Shown: one piece after another, positions 18,198 through 28,275 of the stretch
Layout of the letters: each line of letters begins with the position of its first letter
Numbering within the stretch: the stretch's first letter is position 1
Assembly (NCBI GenBank): GCA_041742375.1
Contig: JBGSIU010000044.1
Coordinates: forward strand, 2,161-66,160
Source of the DNA: Patescibacteria group bacterium
GTDB taxonomy: Bacteria; Patescibacteriota; Microgenomatia; JBGSIU01
DNA length: 64,000 nucleotides
Reading direction: 5' to 3'
Program-made: the position numbers and the translations under genes
The notes under the pieces: generated by a model
What the model saw: the letters and a program-made list of their open reading frames with translations, nothing else
Told to the model about the DNA's origin: nothing
Databases searched by the model: none

Positions 18198-19211
18198 TAG
18201 TGGGACAAATATTAAGGGTGAGAAGCCAATCAGCGTTGGCATGAAAGTAATACCCCAATAATCGTTGTAATTTTGAGCTGCAAAAGGTAAGACAAGGAGC
18301 AAAGACCAAAAAGAGAGCAGCAGATAATTCATATTTTCGCGGCGAATTCTCAAGACACAAAAAAACGTCGAGATAAATGAGATGGCGATCAAAAATATAT
18401 TACTTCGGAAGTTGATTAGGGGAAACTTCCTCATTGAAAAAGCGGTCATATTTAAAAAAGCAATTTTATTAAATTTTAAATAATGCGAGAAAGACAAAGA
18501 TTTAGGTAGGGGATAATTATTGATGTTTTCAACATGAATTAGGTAAAAAATCCCAAAAATGAAAATTGGAATAAAAAAAACAATTCGGTTTTTCTTCAAA
18601 AGAAGTGAATAAATAAACATTGCCAAGACGGGGATTATAAAAATTTCCCGAGTTAAAATTGATAAAGTGGAAAATAATACGGAGGTTGACAATTTATCAT
18701 AAATAAGAAAGAGCAAGGCGAAAATAAAAGCAAACCATCCCCACCATTCGTGAAAAAGAAAAGACGTTGCGTAACTAAAAACATCTCTAAAATAAAAGGA
18801 CACGAGCAATGGTCCAAAAACAGCCATTTGCCACGGAATGAACTTTTTGAGTATTAAAAAAATACCATAAAAAGATAAAAAAGCACCAAGCCAAAATAAA
18901 ATTGCAATTTGTGAGCCGTTTGAAGCAAATAATCTCCAAAAATAATAAACCGTCGGAGGCCTCCACATGAAAGGATCTTTTGTCAGTCCGCCTTGCCGTG
19001 CGTCGTTTCGGAAAGCAATGGGTAATGCTTCGTAATAGTCCTTACCGGATTTAACGAGATAAAAAACTTTCAGATAGAGCATTCCGTCGCTCCTCACGAT
19101 TGTCGGTTCCGGAAAGCGGTTTTCTTTCAAAAAGGAAAATACTAACGTAATACAATTTAGAAAATATATGAAAATGAAAAAGCACAACAGGCAGGAAAGG
19201 ATTTTTTTCAT
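18090..19211 (-). CDS. Polytopic membrane protein of unknown function, on the minus strand
   Basis: 373 aa, strongly hydrophobic. Its 3' end overlaps the convergent GT4 by ~108 bp. Confidence 0.45.
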   Translation of the reverse strand: MKKILSCLLCFFIFIYFLNCITLVFSFLKENRFPEPTIVRSDGMLYLKVFYLVKSGKDYYEALPIAFRNDARQGGLTKDPFMWRPPTVYYFWRLFASNGSQIAILFWLGAFLSFYGIFLILKKFIPWQMAVFGPLLVSFYFRDVFSYATSFLFHEWWGWFAFIFALLFLIYDKLSTSVLFSTLSILTREIFIIPVLAMFIYSLLLKKNRIVFFIPIFIFGIFYLIHVENINNYPLPKSLSFSHYLKFNKIAFLNMTAFSMRKFPLINFRSNIFLIAISFISTFFCVLRIRRENMNYLLLSFWSLLLVLPFAAQNYNDYWGITFMPTLIGFSPLIFVPLSRVINLRFLRNFLPEKFSRVIFVSFRQFFIFFGIF

Positions 19212-19274
19212 GAGTTAAGTATACCAGTTTATACATTTTAAGGCGAAATTTAGTAAAATTAACGAAGAACAATA

Positions 19275-20678
19275 ATGTTTAATAAAATAATCAATCACAA
19301 ATATATTATTCCGTTTCTGATTATCATCTTTTTCTCAACCTGCGACGTCATTTTGCTTCTTAACAAGTTTTGGCAAGGTGAGTTTTACGCGGTAGATAAC
19401 GTATATTTTGACACCGCCATCTGGAAAGCGTCGCGTTTTCAAGCTCCAATCGTGCAGCATTTTGCTCTTGGCCGAGTAAACATTCTGGGCGATCATTTTC
19501 ATCCGACAATTTTTCTCTTGTCTCCTCTTTATTGGTTTTCGTCTTCGCCAGCGGTGATTCTTGTCGGCATGGTGCTTGCTTATGCGGCAAGCGCGGTTAT
19601 TCTGGCCATGACCGGATACAAACTCGTGAAAAATAAATTAATCGTTAATATTCTTTTGATTTCATATTTTTTATATATCGGAACACAGAATGCGTTTCTT
19701 TATGGGTTTCATGAATTAAATTTGATGCCTCTATTTTTCTCGCTGGTGTTTTATTCTTTAATTTCCGGCAAAAATAAACTTTTCTGGATTTCAATTTCTC
19801 TTCTCCTGTTAACAAAAGAAACAATGGCTCCAGTTATGATTGGTGTTGGAATATATATATTTTTCTGGTATCCTCAAAAACGAAAAACTGCAATTTTTTC
19901 AATCGTTCTTTCTGTTGTATATTTTTTAATCGTCACCCGATTTGTTATCCCCGTTTTTTCCGGTAAATTTTTTTATCAAAATATTTCTCACCCAAATTCC
20001 GTTGGTGAAGTATTTACTCATTTTTTTAATCCTGCTGAAAAGAGAGATGTTATTTTTAAAACATTTGCTTCTTTTGGTTTCCTGCCAATTTTTAATTTGC
20101 CATTCCTGCCGATTATTCTTCAAGATTTATTAATAAGATTTTTATTTTCTCCAAATTGGGTGGTGCAATACACAATTAATTATCATTACAATATTGTTCT
20201 TGCGCCAATGATGTTTGTTTCATTTATATATATGGCGGCGAAAATTCAAACAAGAAAAATAGGAAGAATGATATCAACGATTTTTGTTTTTATCGGCTTA
20301 TTATCAAGCCTGATAATGTTTAGACAATGTCCCCTGCGGCTCGTGTCTAACCCTTTTTTCTACGAGCAAACGGCAAAAACCTTTGAAATGAGAAATTTTG
20401 TTAACAAAGTTCCCGTCCGAGGAAGGATTATGGCGCAAAATAATTTAGCATATTATTTTTCTCATACCGATGTCTTTCTTTTTGTTATGAATGAAAAAGA
20501 ATTTAATAAAATAGATCCTGACATTGTTGTTTGTGATTTGACAAAAGGACAGTTTCCAAAGAATTATTTGCCTTTGACTGAAAGAGAAATGGGATTATTT
20601 GTCAAAAAACTTACGCAAAATCATGAATACAGGTTATTATATAAAGAGAAAAGTAGATATATTTTTACCAAAAAATGA
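19275..20678 (+). CDS. DUF2079-like polytopic membrane protein (paralog of 12043..13437)
   Basis: 'ILGDHFHPTIFLLSPLYW' motif and an overall N-terminal alignment to the 12043 gene. Confidence 0.55.
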   Translation: MFNKIINHKYIIPFLIIIFFSTCDVILLLNKFWQGEFYAVDNVYFDTAIWKASRFQAPIVQHFALGRVNILGDHFHPTIFLLSPLYWFSSSPAVILVGMVLAYAASAVILAMTGYKLVKNKLIVNILLISYFLYIGTQNAFLYGFHELNLMPLFFSLVFYSLISGKNKLFWISISLLLLTKETMAPVMIGVGIYIFFWYPQKRKTAIFSIVLSVVYFLIVTRFVIPVFSGKFFYQNISHPNSVGEVFTHFFNPAEKRDVIFKTFASFGFLPIFNLPFLPIILQDLLIRFLFSPNWVVQYTINYHYNIVLAPMMFVSFIYMAAKIQTRKIGRMISTIFVFIGLLSSLIMFRQCPLRLVSNPFFYEQTAKTFEMRNFVNKVPVRGRIMAQNNLAYYFSHTDVFLFVMNEKEFNKIDPDIVVCDLTKGQFPKNYLPLTEREMGLFVKKLTQNHEYRLLYKEKSRYIFTKK

Positions 20679-21766
20679 AAAAAATAATTATTCTTGTCGA
20701 TGTTTATTTGCCATTTGTTGGGGGTGGGCAAATTTGGGTTAAGGAAATTTCAGAATATCTTGTGAAAAATAAAGATATTGCAATCGAAATCGTCACCCGA
20801 AAGCTAAGGTGGAATGGCACAATCGCGTCATCTTCAGAAAACCTGCTTGGCGGAAAATTAAAAATAACGCGGCTTGGATTTGTTTCGTCCTGGAATAATA
20901 TCTTCTCAAGGCTTGCGTTTATTGTCCAGTCATTTATTTATCTTATATTTTTGGATTTTGACCTAATAGATGTGCAGGTTTTTGTTTCCGCAATTCCCGG
21001 CAAGTTTGCGGCATTAATTAAAGGTAAGCCGATCATCCTGACGGTTCACGGTACATCCCTTGAGAAAGAAAACTGCAGTTTGCTTGAAAAAATCATTTTA
21101 ACTGGAATAAAATACGATGCCGAGATAACGGTGGCATCTAACTTTCTTAAGTTCGCGAACGTCAACTCACAAATTAAGGTTATTCATCCGGGAATAGACG
21201 CGGAAAATTTTAAATCCGGCCCGAAGCAACATAAAAAAAGTAAAATTATATTTGTCGGAAGATTGGAACCGGAAAAGGGTATAGACATTTTGAAAAAAAT
21301 CATATCTTGTTATAAACAGCAAGGGGTTGATTTTGCGATTGTTGGGGAAGGATCGCTGAAAAATGATTTGAAAAATTATATTTTCTTGAAAAATATCAAC
21401 AACGCTCATTTTCTTGGCGTTCTTTCTCAAAAAGATCTGGCAAAAGAATATGCAAGATCGAATATATTTTTAATGACCTCATACACGGAGGGATATCCGT
21501 TAACTATCATCGAGGCAATGGCTTCCGGTCTGCCGATTGTGGCATCAAACGTTGGCGACATAGGAAAAATCGTCCAAAACAGAGTGAATGGATTTCTGGT
21601 GGATGACTTTCAGGTTGGCAGTTATACTAAGCATATCGATACTTTACTGGAAAATAAAAGCATGCGGGAAATAATGGGACGCACGAATTTGAAAAAATCA
21701 AAAAACTATTCTTGGCATAAAACTGCCGCATCGGTTTATGACATTTATCAAGTTTTATTGAAATGA
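20675..21766 (+). CDS. GT4 (GT-B) glycosyltransferase
   Basis: 'SYTEGYPLTIIEAMASGLPIVASNVGD'. Confidence 0.85.
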   Translation: MKKIIILVDVYLPFVGGGQIWVKEISEYLVKNKDIAIEIVTRKLRWNGTIASSSENLLGGKLKITRLGFVSSWNNIFSRLAFIVQSFIYLIFLDFDLIDVQVFVSAIPGKFAALIKGKPIILTVHGTSLEKENCSLLEKIILTGIKYDAEITVASNFLKFANVNSQIKVIHPGIDAENFKSGPKQHKKSKIIFVGRLEPEKGIDILKKIISCYKQQGVDFAIVGEGSLKNDLKNYIFLKNINNAHFLGVLSQKDLAKEYARSNIFLMTSYTEGYPLTIIEAMASGLPIVASNVGDIGKIVQNRVNGFLVDDFQVGSYTKHIDTLLENKSMREIMGRTNLKKSKNYSWHKTAASVYDIYQVLLK

Positions 21767-23184
21767 AAAAAACGTTTGCGATTTTTATCTATTTAATACT
21801 TTTTTCTTTGCTTCCGGTCATATTCTTCTGGCACATTGTGGAAGACGATTTTATGGACACTATTGCCACTGCCGATGGTCTATTTAAGCTTCATGAGTTG
21901 TGTTATGCGTATTATCATAACTTTGCGGGGGTGGTTGGGATGACCGGTTTCTCTCTGCGCCCGCCCCTGCCAGCGATGAGCTTGGCATTATTTTTTAACC
22001 TTTTTGGGCACAAAACCGTTGCTATTTTTTTCGCATATCTGCTGCCGAGAATTTTAGTGATACCTTTGGTTTTTTTGGTGGCCGAGGAAATAATGAGTAA
22101 ATTTAAAGCTTATCTGGCCGCAACGATAACCGGTTTTTTCTTATTTTTCCAAACATATGCACTGTCGACTTTGAAAGCGGATTCTTTTGTTGTCTTGTTT
22201 ACGCTGGCGAGTCTTTATTTTTATCTTTGCTGGAAAAGAAAAAAAGCGAATTTATATTTATGTTTAAGCGGACTATTTTTGGCTTTCAATCTCCTTTCAA
22301 AAGAAACGGCCATGCCTTTGTCGCTCGTTCTATTTGGTGCAGTGGCGTTTGATGTCGTGCGGCAGAAAAAAATAACCCGATTAATATATTTTCTGATTCC
22401 CGGTGTGATTTTTTATGGATCGTATTTCCTAGTTAATTTTATGTTAACCAAACAAGCGTCTCCGAGTTTTTTCGCATCAAAACTCTACGTTTCGACTTTT
22501 TTCGGCAGTTTCAAAACCTACTTTATGACCGTTTTTTATTATGCCGGTGTTAATTTTAATTATGGGAAACTGTATTCCTTGCAAAGCCTGATTGTTTTTA
22601 TATTTCTGTCTGCGGGAGTTTTATTTTTAATAAAAAGTAAAAAATACATGTTGGTACTCGTTCCTTTCGGATTAATTTTTTTTATTTGTTTTTTAAATTA
22701 CAAAAATATTCAATCCGGTGTTGTTGGTAACAGAGAAATACTTCATCGGATATCGCCGGTCGTGCCCTTTTTGTCGATTTATCTTTTTTGTGGAGCAGAA
22801 TATCTCGCAAAAATAATGCACCGGTTTTTAAAAAAGATTTCCCGGAGAAATTTAGCCATTTGTTTTTCGTTATTCATTTCTTTTACTTTCATATTTAATT
22901 ATTTCCGTTCTCCCTTTGCGCTTGATTATACGGATGAAGAATTTTATGTTAACGCACAGACGATGTTAACCAACAAGCGCGAAATCCGGCCAAGCGATTT
23001 TACATTGAAAAGAAACATCTGCGTTGTTATAAGTTATCCTCAAAAAGAATTCATGGTTAGGAATTTGAGAAAATACCGAGTGAGTGCTTTCCCAAAAAAT
23101 TATAAGGAAATAATTATTTTTTTCTGGGCGATTCCGGCGATTTTTCTGTTATTTTTTGAGAGAAAATATAAAAAATATGATTGA
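21763..23184 (+). CDS. GT-C glycosyltransferase, PMT_2/ArnT-like
   Basis: 473 aa, polytopic. An N-terminal TM followed by the acidic loop 'HIVEDDFMDT'. Confidence 0.6.
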   Translation: MKKTFAIFIYLILFSLLPVIFFWHIVEDDFMDTIATADGLFKLHELCYAYYHNFAGVVGMTGFSLRPPLPAMSLALFFNLFGHKTVAIFFAYLLPRILVIPLVFLVAEEIMSKFKAYLAATITGFFLFFQTYALSTLKADSFVVLFTLASLYFYLCWKRKKANLYLCLSGLFLAFNLLSKETAMPLSLVLFGAVAFDVVRQKKITRLIYFLIPGVIFYGSYFLVNFMLTKQASPSFFASKLYVSTFFGSFKTYFMTVFYYAGVNFNYGKLYSLQSLIVFIFLSAGVLFLIKSKKYMLVLVPFGLIFFICFLNYKNIQSGVVGNREILHRISPVVPFLSIYLFCGAEYLAKIMHRFLKKISRRNLAICFSLFISFTFIFNYFRSPFALDYTDEEFYVNAQTMLTNKREIRPSDFTLKRNICVVISYPQKEFMVRNLRKYRVSAFPKNYKEIIIFFWAIPAIFLLFFERKYKKYD

Positions 23185-23959
23185 CATTCTGACAAGCGTA
23201 AGAAACGGCGAAGAATATATCGCGCTTGCGATTAAAAGCGTTTTGGAACAGACATGTGCCGACTTTTCTTTTTATATCGTCGATGATGCGTCTGATGACA
23301 GCACTTCTGTCGTCATCAGAAGTTTCAAAGATTGTCGAATTAAATTTTTTCAAAACATGAAGCCACGCGGATTGACAGAAAATTTAAATTTTCTTCTTGG
23401 GCAGAGTAAGGGGGAACATATCGCAAGATTCGACGCGGATGACATTTGTCAGAAAGACAGGTTGGAAAAAGAGATGCAATTTATGGCCAAAAATAAGCTT
23501 GACATTATCGGAAGCGATGCGTTCATCATCGATCGCGTGGGGAAAGTAAAAGGAGAAATTAGATATAAGGGAAAAGACATTAAAAAAGACATGTTTGTCG
23601 CAAATGTTTTTCTCCACTCTTCTGTTTTAATGAAAAGAAAAATTTTTGGGAAATTATGTTCGTATCGTGAAAAATATCCAAGAAATGAAGATTATGATCT
23701 CTGGCTTCGGGCATTAAAAGAGGGATTTCGACTGGGTGTTTGCCGGGAGAAATTGATTAATTTCCGAGTTTATCCTTCCTCGGTCTCTCTTGTCAATCTA
23801 AAAGAGCAGCAAATCAATTCGATAAAACTGCGATTTTCGATGATTCAAAATAAAACATATCCGGTGTTTTATGCGCTTTGTCTTGTCCCCCAACTAATTT
23901 CATATCTCCTGCCAAAAAATATCAATCTGCTGATTCATAAATCAATATATCATTCTTAA
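23156..23959 (+). CDS. GT2 glycosyltransferase
   Basis: 'ILTSVRNGEEYIALAIKSVLEQTCADFSFYIVDDASDDST' and 'RFDADD'. Confidence 0.8.
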   Translation: MRENIKNMIDILTSVRNGEEYIALAIKSVLEQTCADFSFYIVDDASDDSTSVVIRSFKDCRIKFFQNMKPRGLTENLNFLLGQSKGEHIARFDADDICQKDRLEKEMQFMAKNKLDIIGSDAFIIDRVGKVKGEIRYKGKDIKKDMFVANVFLHSSVLMKRKIFGKLCSYREKYPRNEDYDLWLRALKEGFRLGVCREKLINFRVYPSSVSLVNLKEQQINSIKLRFSMIQNKTYPVFYALCLVPQLISYLLPKNINLLIHKSIYHS

Positions 23960-23963
23960 TTTT

Positions 23964-25088
23964 ATGTTAAGCGATAAAATCTTAGTTTTATTTTTAATGC
24001 GGGGAATGTCTCTTGAAAAATGGAAAGAGGTGGGAATTTATGATCGTGAAATAGAAACATATAAACGACTGTCGCGTCGGTTTAAAAAAATATACATTGT
24101 GTCATATGGTAACAAAGAGGAAAAAAAATTTGAAAAAAAACTTCCGGAAAATATCGAAATACTTCCGAAGGGCAGGCATATTAATAGTTATGTCTATTCT
24201 TTTCTTTCACCCCTTTTGCATTATTCGAAAATAGTGAAAGCAGATTACATAAAAACCGAACAAATGGATGGCGCGTGGAGCGGGGTTATTACGAAGCTTA
24301 TATCTAAAGGAAAATTCATTTTGCGAACCGGATATATTTGGTCAAGATTTCACGCACAAAAAACAAAAAAAACTTTCTTCGACCCTATTGTTCAACTGGG
24401 GATAGAGCTTATCGAAAGAATCTGTTGCTTTTTTGCAGATTATGTAGTCGTTGTCTCTTTGGAGGATAAAAAATATTTAATCGAAAAGCATGCATTTATC
24501 AAAAATAAAATTTACCTGATCCCAAACTATATAAATACGGACATATTTAAAAATAGCAATGTAAACAAAGACAAAGATATCATTTTTGTGGGTAGATTAT
24601 CTCCCCAAAAAAATATTACCTACCTTCTTGAGGCGCTTTCTGGTTTGCCATATAAACTAACAATTATTGGTCAGGGAGACTTGGAAACTGAAATAAAAAG
24701 CGCGGCAGAAAAACTACAGGTCAAAGTAAATTTCATCAAGAATGTTAATAACTACGGGCTTGCGGACATTTTAAACCGACACAAAATCTTTGTTTTGCCT
24801 TCGTTTTTTGAAGGTATGCCAAAAGCACTCCTCGAAGCGATGAGCTGCGGTCTTTGTTGTCTTGTGTCCAATGCTCCGGGTAATCGAGAAGTAATCAAAT
24901 CAGAGAAAAACGGCATTCTTTTTCCGATTAATCAGTCTGATTATCTAAGGAAAACAATTGTCAGATTGATGGAAGATGAAAAAATAAGGGAAGAGCTGGG
25001 AAGAAATGCGCAAGAATGTATTATAAAAAATTATTCGCTGGCTAAAAATATTAGTTTAGAAATTCAAATATATGAATCCGCTAAATAA
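23964..25088 (+). CDS. GT4 (GT-B) glycosyltransferase
   Basis: 'PSFFEGMPKALLEAMSCGLCCLVSNAPGNREVI'. Confidence 0.8.
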   Translation: MLSDKILVLFLMRGMSLEKWKEVGIYDREIETYKRLSRRFKKIYIVSYGNKEEKKFEKKLPENIEILPKGRHINSYVYSFLSPLLHYSKIVKADYIKTEQMDGAWSGVITKLISKGKFILRTGYIWSRFHAQKTKKTFFDPIVQLGIELIERICCFFADYVVVVSLEDKKYLIEKHAFIKNKIYLIPNYINTDIFKNSNVNKDKDIIFVGRLSPQKNITYLLEALSGLPYKLTIIGQGDLETEIKSAAEKLQVKVNFIKNVNNYGLADILNRHKIFVLPSFFEGMPKALLEAMSCGLCCLVSNAPGNREVIKSEKNGILFPINQSDYLRKTIVRLMEDEKIREELGRNAQECIIKNYSLAKNISLEIQIYESAK

Positions 25089-25722
25089 CGAAAAAATTAA
25101 TTACTGGCTTACGAGAATATTTGTATTTTTATATAATTTTTCCTATGCGGCGTTGTCCAGTCTTGCGGTTAGGTTTGGCAGAGGGGTTCATCCGAAATAC
25201 CGGATTTTAAAATATCACGAATTTTTTCTTGAGAATATTTTAAGCGAAGATAGTGTTGTTGACATTGGTTCGGGAAGCGGATTGATCGCTTTTGAAGTTT
25301 CCAAAAAAGTTAAAAATGTTGTTGGGATTGAAATTGATGAAAACAAGATTAAGCTTGCCAAAAAAACATATAAACGCCACAATCTTGAGTTCATTCAGGG
25401 AGATGCCATCACTTATCCATTTAAAGAAAAGTTTGACGCGGTTATCTTGTCAAATGTTTTAGAACATATTGAGAAAAGAATAAACTTTTTACAATCATTA
25501 CATAAAATATCCGACAAAATACTGCTTCGTGTTCCGCTTGTCACTCGTGATTGGCTTCCGGTCTATCTTAAATCGCGCGGTTTCGAATATCGTCTTGATA
25601 AAACCCATTTCATTGAATACACAATCGATAATTTAAATAAAGAGCTGAAAAAGTCTTGTTGGAAAATTTCTTTCTCCGAAATATGTTTTGGCGAAATTTG
25701 GGGAGTCGTAAAACCAGTATAA
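25072..25722 (+). CDS. Class I SAM-dependent methyltransferase
   Basis: 'VVDIGSGSGLIAFEVSKK...VVGIEIDE...AVILSNVLEHI'. Confidence 0.75.
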   Translation: MNPLNNEKINYWLTRIFVFLYNFSYAALSSLAVRFGRGVHPKYRILKYHEFFLENILSEDSVVDIGSGSGLIAFEVSKKVKNVVGIEIDENKIKLAKKTYKRHNLEFIQGDAITYPFKEKFDAVILSNVLEHIEKRINFLQSLHKISDKILLRVPLVTRDWLPVYLKSRGFEYRLDKTHFIEYTIDNLNKELKKSCWKISFSEICFGEIWGVVKPV

Positions 25723-25728
25723 AACAAT

Positions 25729-26784
25729 ATGAACTATTTAATATATTCGGCAAGTATCGGCACTAATTTTCTTTCCAATTTTCAAAGATATTATTTAAGT
25801 TATTTGGTGGAGGATTCGGACTGGGTGATTAAAAGGGTTGGTGAGAATTTGGTTAAAAGCCTCAAGGAGATGAAGCCGAATTTTAAAACGAGAATCAGTT
25901 TGTCCCCATTTTTACTCAATAACCAGATTGTTCACTATGGTTCGGAAAATGTTTTTTTCGGAAAAAATAGATGCTATTTGCCTTCATCTTCGTGCAAAAT
26001 AATTCTCACATGGTTTCATTTTGGGGAGAGAGACAAGAGATTGAAACTGCTTCTTGAAAATCAGGATAAAATTGCCTTTCTTCACACGGCGTGTTCAGAA
26101 ATGAAAAATCGATTTGTGAAAGCAGGCTTTGATAATAATAAAATTGTGGTAATTCCCCTTGGCGTTGATCTTTCGAAATTCAAACAATACAAAGAAGATG
26201 TCCGTAAGTTTTTGCGCACGAAATACAAAATTCCGTCACGTCGTTTGATTATCGGTTCTTTTCAGAAAGACGGCACCGGTTGGCAAGAGGGAAATCGCCC
26301 TAAAATGATCAAAGGGCCGGACATTTTGGTTGACACGCTGATTAAATTGAAAAAACATCATCCCTTTGTTTTGCTTTCCGGTCCGGCACGCGGCTATGTC
26401 ATCCAAAATCTGAAAAAGAATAAAATTGAACACGTTCATATTTTTTTGAATGACCACTCAAAAATGCCGGAACTTTATCAATGTCTTGACACGTATTTAA
26501 TTACCTCTCGTGAAGAAGGCGGACCAATGGCGCTTCTGGAAGCGATGGCATGCGGTGTGCCGGTTGTTTCGACACGCGTCGGAATGTCAAACGATTTGAT
26601 AAAAGACGGAGTAAACGGTTTTTTTGCCGACTTTAATCCCGAAAATATCGCCGCAAAAGCAATAAAATTAATAAATAATACGTCTCTGAAGGAAAAAATA
26701 ATAGATAGCTCGAAAAAAACAATTATGGATTTCGACGAAAAAAAAATCACAAAAAGGTATTTTAATGAAATTTATAGCAAATAA
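25729..26784 (+). CDS. GT4 (GT-B) glycosyltransferase
   Basis: 'TSREEGGPMALLEAMACGVPVVSTRVGMSNDLI'. Confidence 0.8.
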   Translation: MNYLIYSASIGTNFLSNFQRYYLSYLVEDSDWVIKRVGENLVKSLKEMKPNFKTRISLSPFLLNNQIVHYGSENVFFGKNRCYLPSSSCKIILTWFHFGERDKRLKLLLENQDKIAFLHTACSEMKNRFVKAGFDNNKIVVIPLGVDLSKFKQYKEDVRKFLRTKYKIPSRRLIIGSFQKDGTGWQEGNRPKMIKGPDILVDTLIKLKKHHPFVLLSGPARGYVIQNLKKNKIEHVHIFLNDHSKMPELYQCLDTYLITSREEGGPMALLEAMACGVPVVSTRVGMSNDLIKDGVNGFFADFNPENIAAKAIKLINNTSLKEKIIDSSKKTIMDFDEKKITKRYFNEIYSK

Positions 26785-26808
26785 TAGATATCATATAATA
26801 TTAAAGAT

Positions 26809-28275
26809 ATGAAATTTCTCCAAAAGAAAAACTTGGCGATCATCTGTTTAATTGCGATTATTATCTTTTCAATAATTATTCGATTTTGGTTTTTCTGGGA
26901 CGGCAATTTTTCCGGTGATGAATCTGCACACGCAATGAAAGCAATAAGCGTTGGCATAGGCATTAAAGATTTAATTACGATTAAAAATACGCAAATCGCC
27001 CTTCATAATGTTTTTGATCCAATTATGTCCCATGCTCATCCTCCCCTTGAATTTTTAATCGTTGTTCCTTTTGTGATCTTTCAACCGAGAGAGTTTTTTG
27101 TTAGGTTGCCGTTTATTCTTGTTAATTTGGTGACTTTAATTTTAGGCTGTGTATTAGTTGGAAAAAAACAGAACAAGATCAAAACAATATCGTTTTTGAT
27201 ATTTTTCGGGACGTCTCTGTATGTTGTTTGGTGGAGTCAAACTGCAATGTACCAGAGTTTGGCAATTTCAGTCGGATTTTTTATTTCCCTTTCTTTTATT
27301 AAACTGTCAAAGCAACCTACGAAAAAGATATTATTCACGAATTCTGTTTTACTGGGAATTGGCTTAATGGTGTTTTCTGATTTTTTTCTGTATATCCCAG
27401 TTTTTCTGTTTATTTTATATGAAAAACGATCGTATTTCTCAAAAAATGACATGCTTTTCGCGTTAACAATTTTTATTTTGATTTGTGGGCCGTTTTATTT
27501 AACCTGGATTATTTACGGTTTTTTGCCGGGTACGGAAAAAATCGGCTTTAACTATTTTATTCATAATAAATTCAGTGGGCAGATAAATATTTTTCGGAAT
27601 ACCGAAAGTTACGCAAGGAATTTTTTTCTTTTTCCTGGAGTTTTTGTTCTCTTTCCCGCAGTCATCTATTCTTTGTTTAAAAAGACGAGAGAATCGAAAT
27701 ATCTAATACCTGTTTTTTTATCGTATTATATTATTTATGTTTTAAAACCAACCGCCCCATATTTTTATTTTTGTGCGGTTTTTGGACCTTTATGTTTAAT
27801 CGCGATTTCAGGAATATCGAAAATGAAAAAAAGACACGCATTAATTTTATTGATACTGACTTTATTAGTTAATATTTTCACTCTTTCGCCTATTTTTAAT
27901 AGACAATTTAATGGTTTAATTTTTTTCGATACGAATCCGAAAGATCGAGTTAAATATTTTGGAGATATCATCAAAAGATGTACTTTGCAAGATAATGAAA
28001 CCTATCTAAGTACCTCCGATCCTTGGCGAACAAATTATTATTTCGGCAGGCCTAGTCTATATGAATCCGAGAACTTTACAGGTGTCAAAAAAAAACTCAA
28101 GTTATTTTTATCCAAAAAAGATAATTATATTAACTTAACAGTAAAATTCATACATTTCCAAAATGGATTATTGGATGACAATTTGCAAAGCGAGTTAGAG
28201 AAAAAAGCATTAAAGATTCTATTTTTTGGCAATGAAAAACTGCTATTATTTCGCGACTGTAATATTCAAAAATGA
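26809..28275 (+). CDS. GT-C glycosyltransferase, PMT_2/ArnT-like
   Basis: 488 aa, polytopic, with 'RFWFFWDGNFSGDESAHAMKA' after TM1. Its N-terminal region is similar to the gene at 551. Confidence 0.65.
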   Translation: MKFLQKKNLAIICLIAIIIFSIIIRFWFFWDGNFSGDESAHAMKAISVGIGIKDLITIKNTQIALHNVFDPIMSHAHPPLEFLIVVPFVIFQPREFFVRLPFILVNLVTLILGCVLVGKKQNKIKTISFLIFFGTSLYVVWWSQTAMYQSLAISVGFFISLSFIKLSKQPTKKILFTNSVLLGIGLMVFSDFFLYIPVFLFILYEKRSYFSKNDMLFALTIFILICGPFYLTWIIYGFLPGTEKIGFNYFIHNKFSGQINIFRNTESYARNFFLFPGVFVLFPAVIYSLFKKTRESKYLIPVFLSYYIIYVLKPTAPYFYFCAVFGPLCLIAISGISKMKKRHALILLILTLLVNIFTLSPIFNRQFNGLIFFDTNPKDRVKYFGDIIKRCTLQDNETYLSTSDPWRTNYYFGRPSLYESENFTGVKKKLKLFLSKKDNYINLTVKFIHFQNGLLDDNLQSELEKKALKILFFGNEKLLLFRDCNIQK

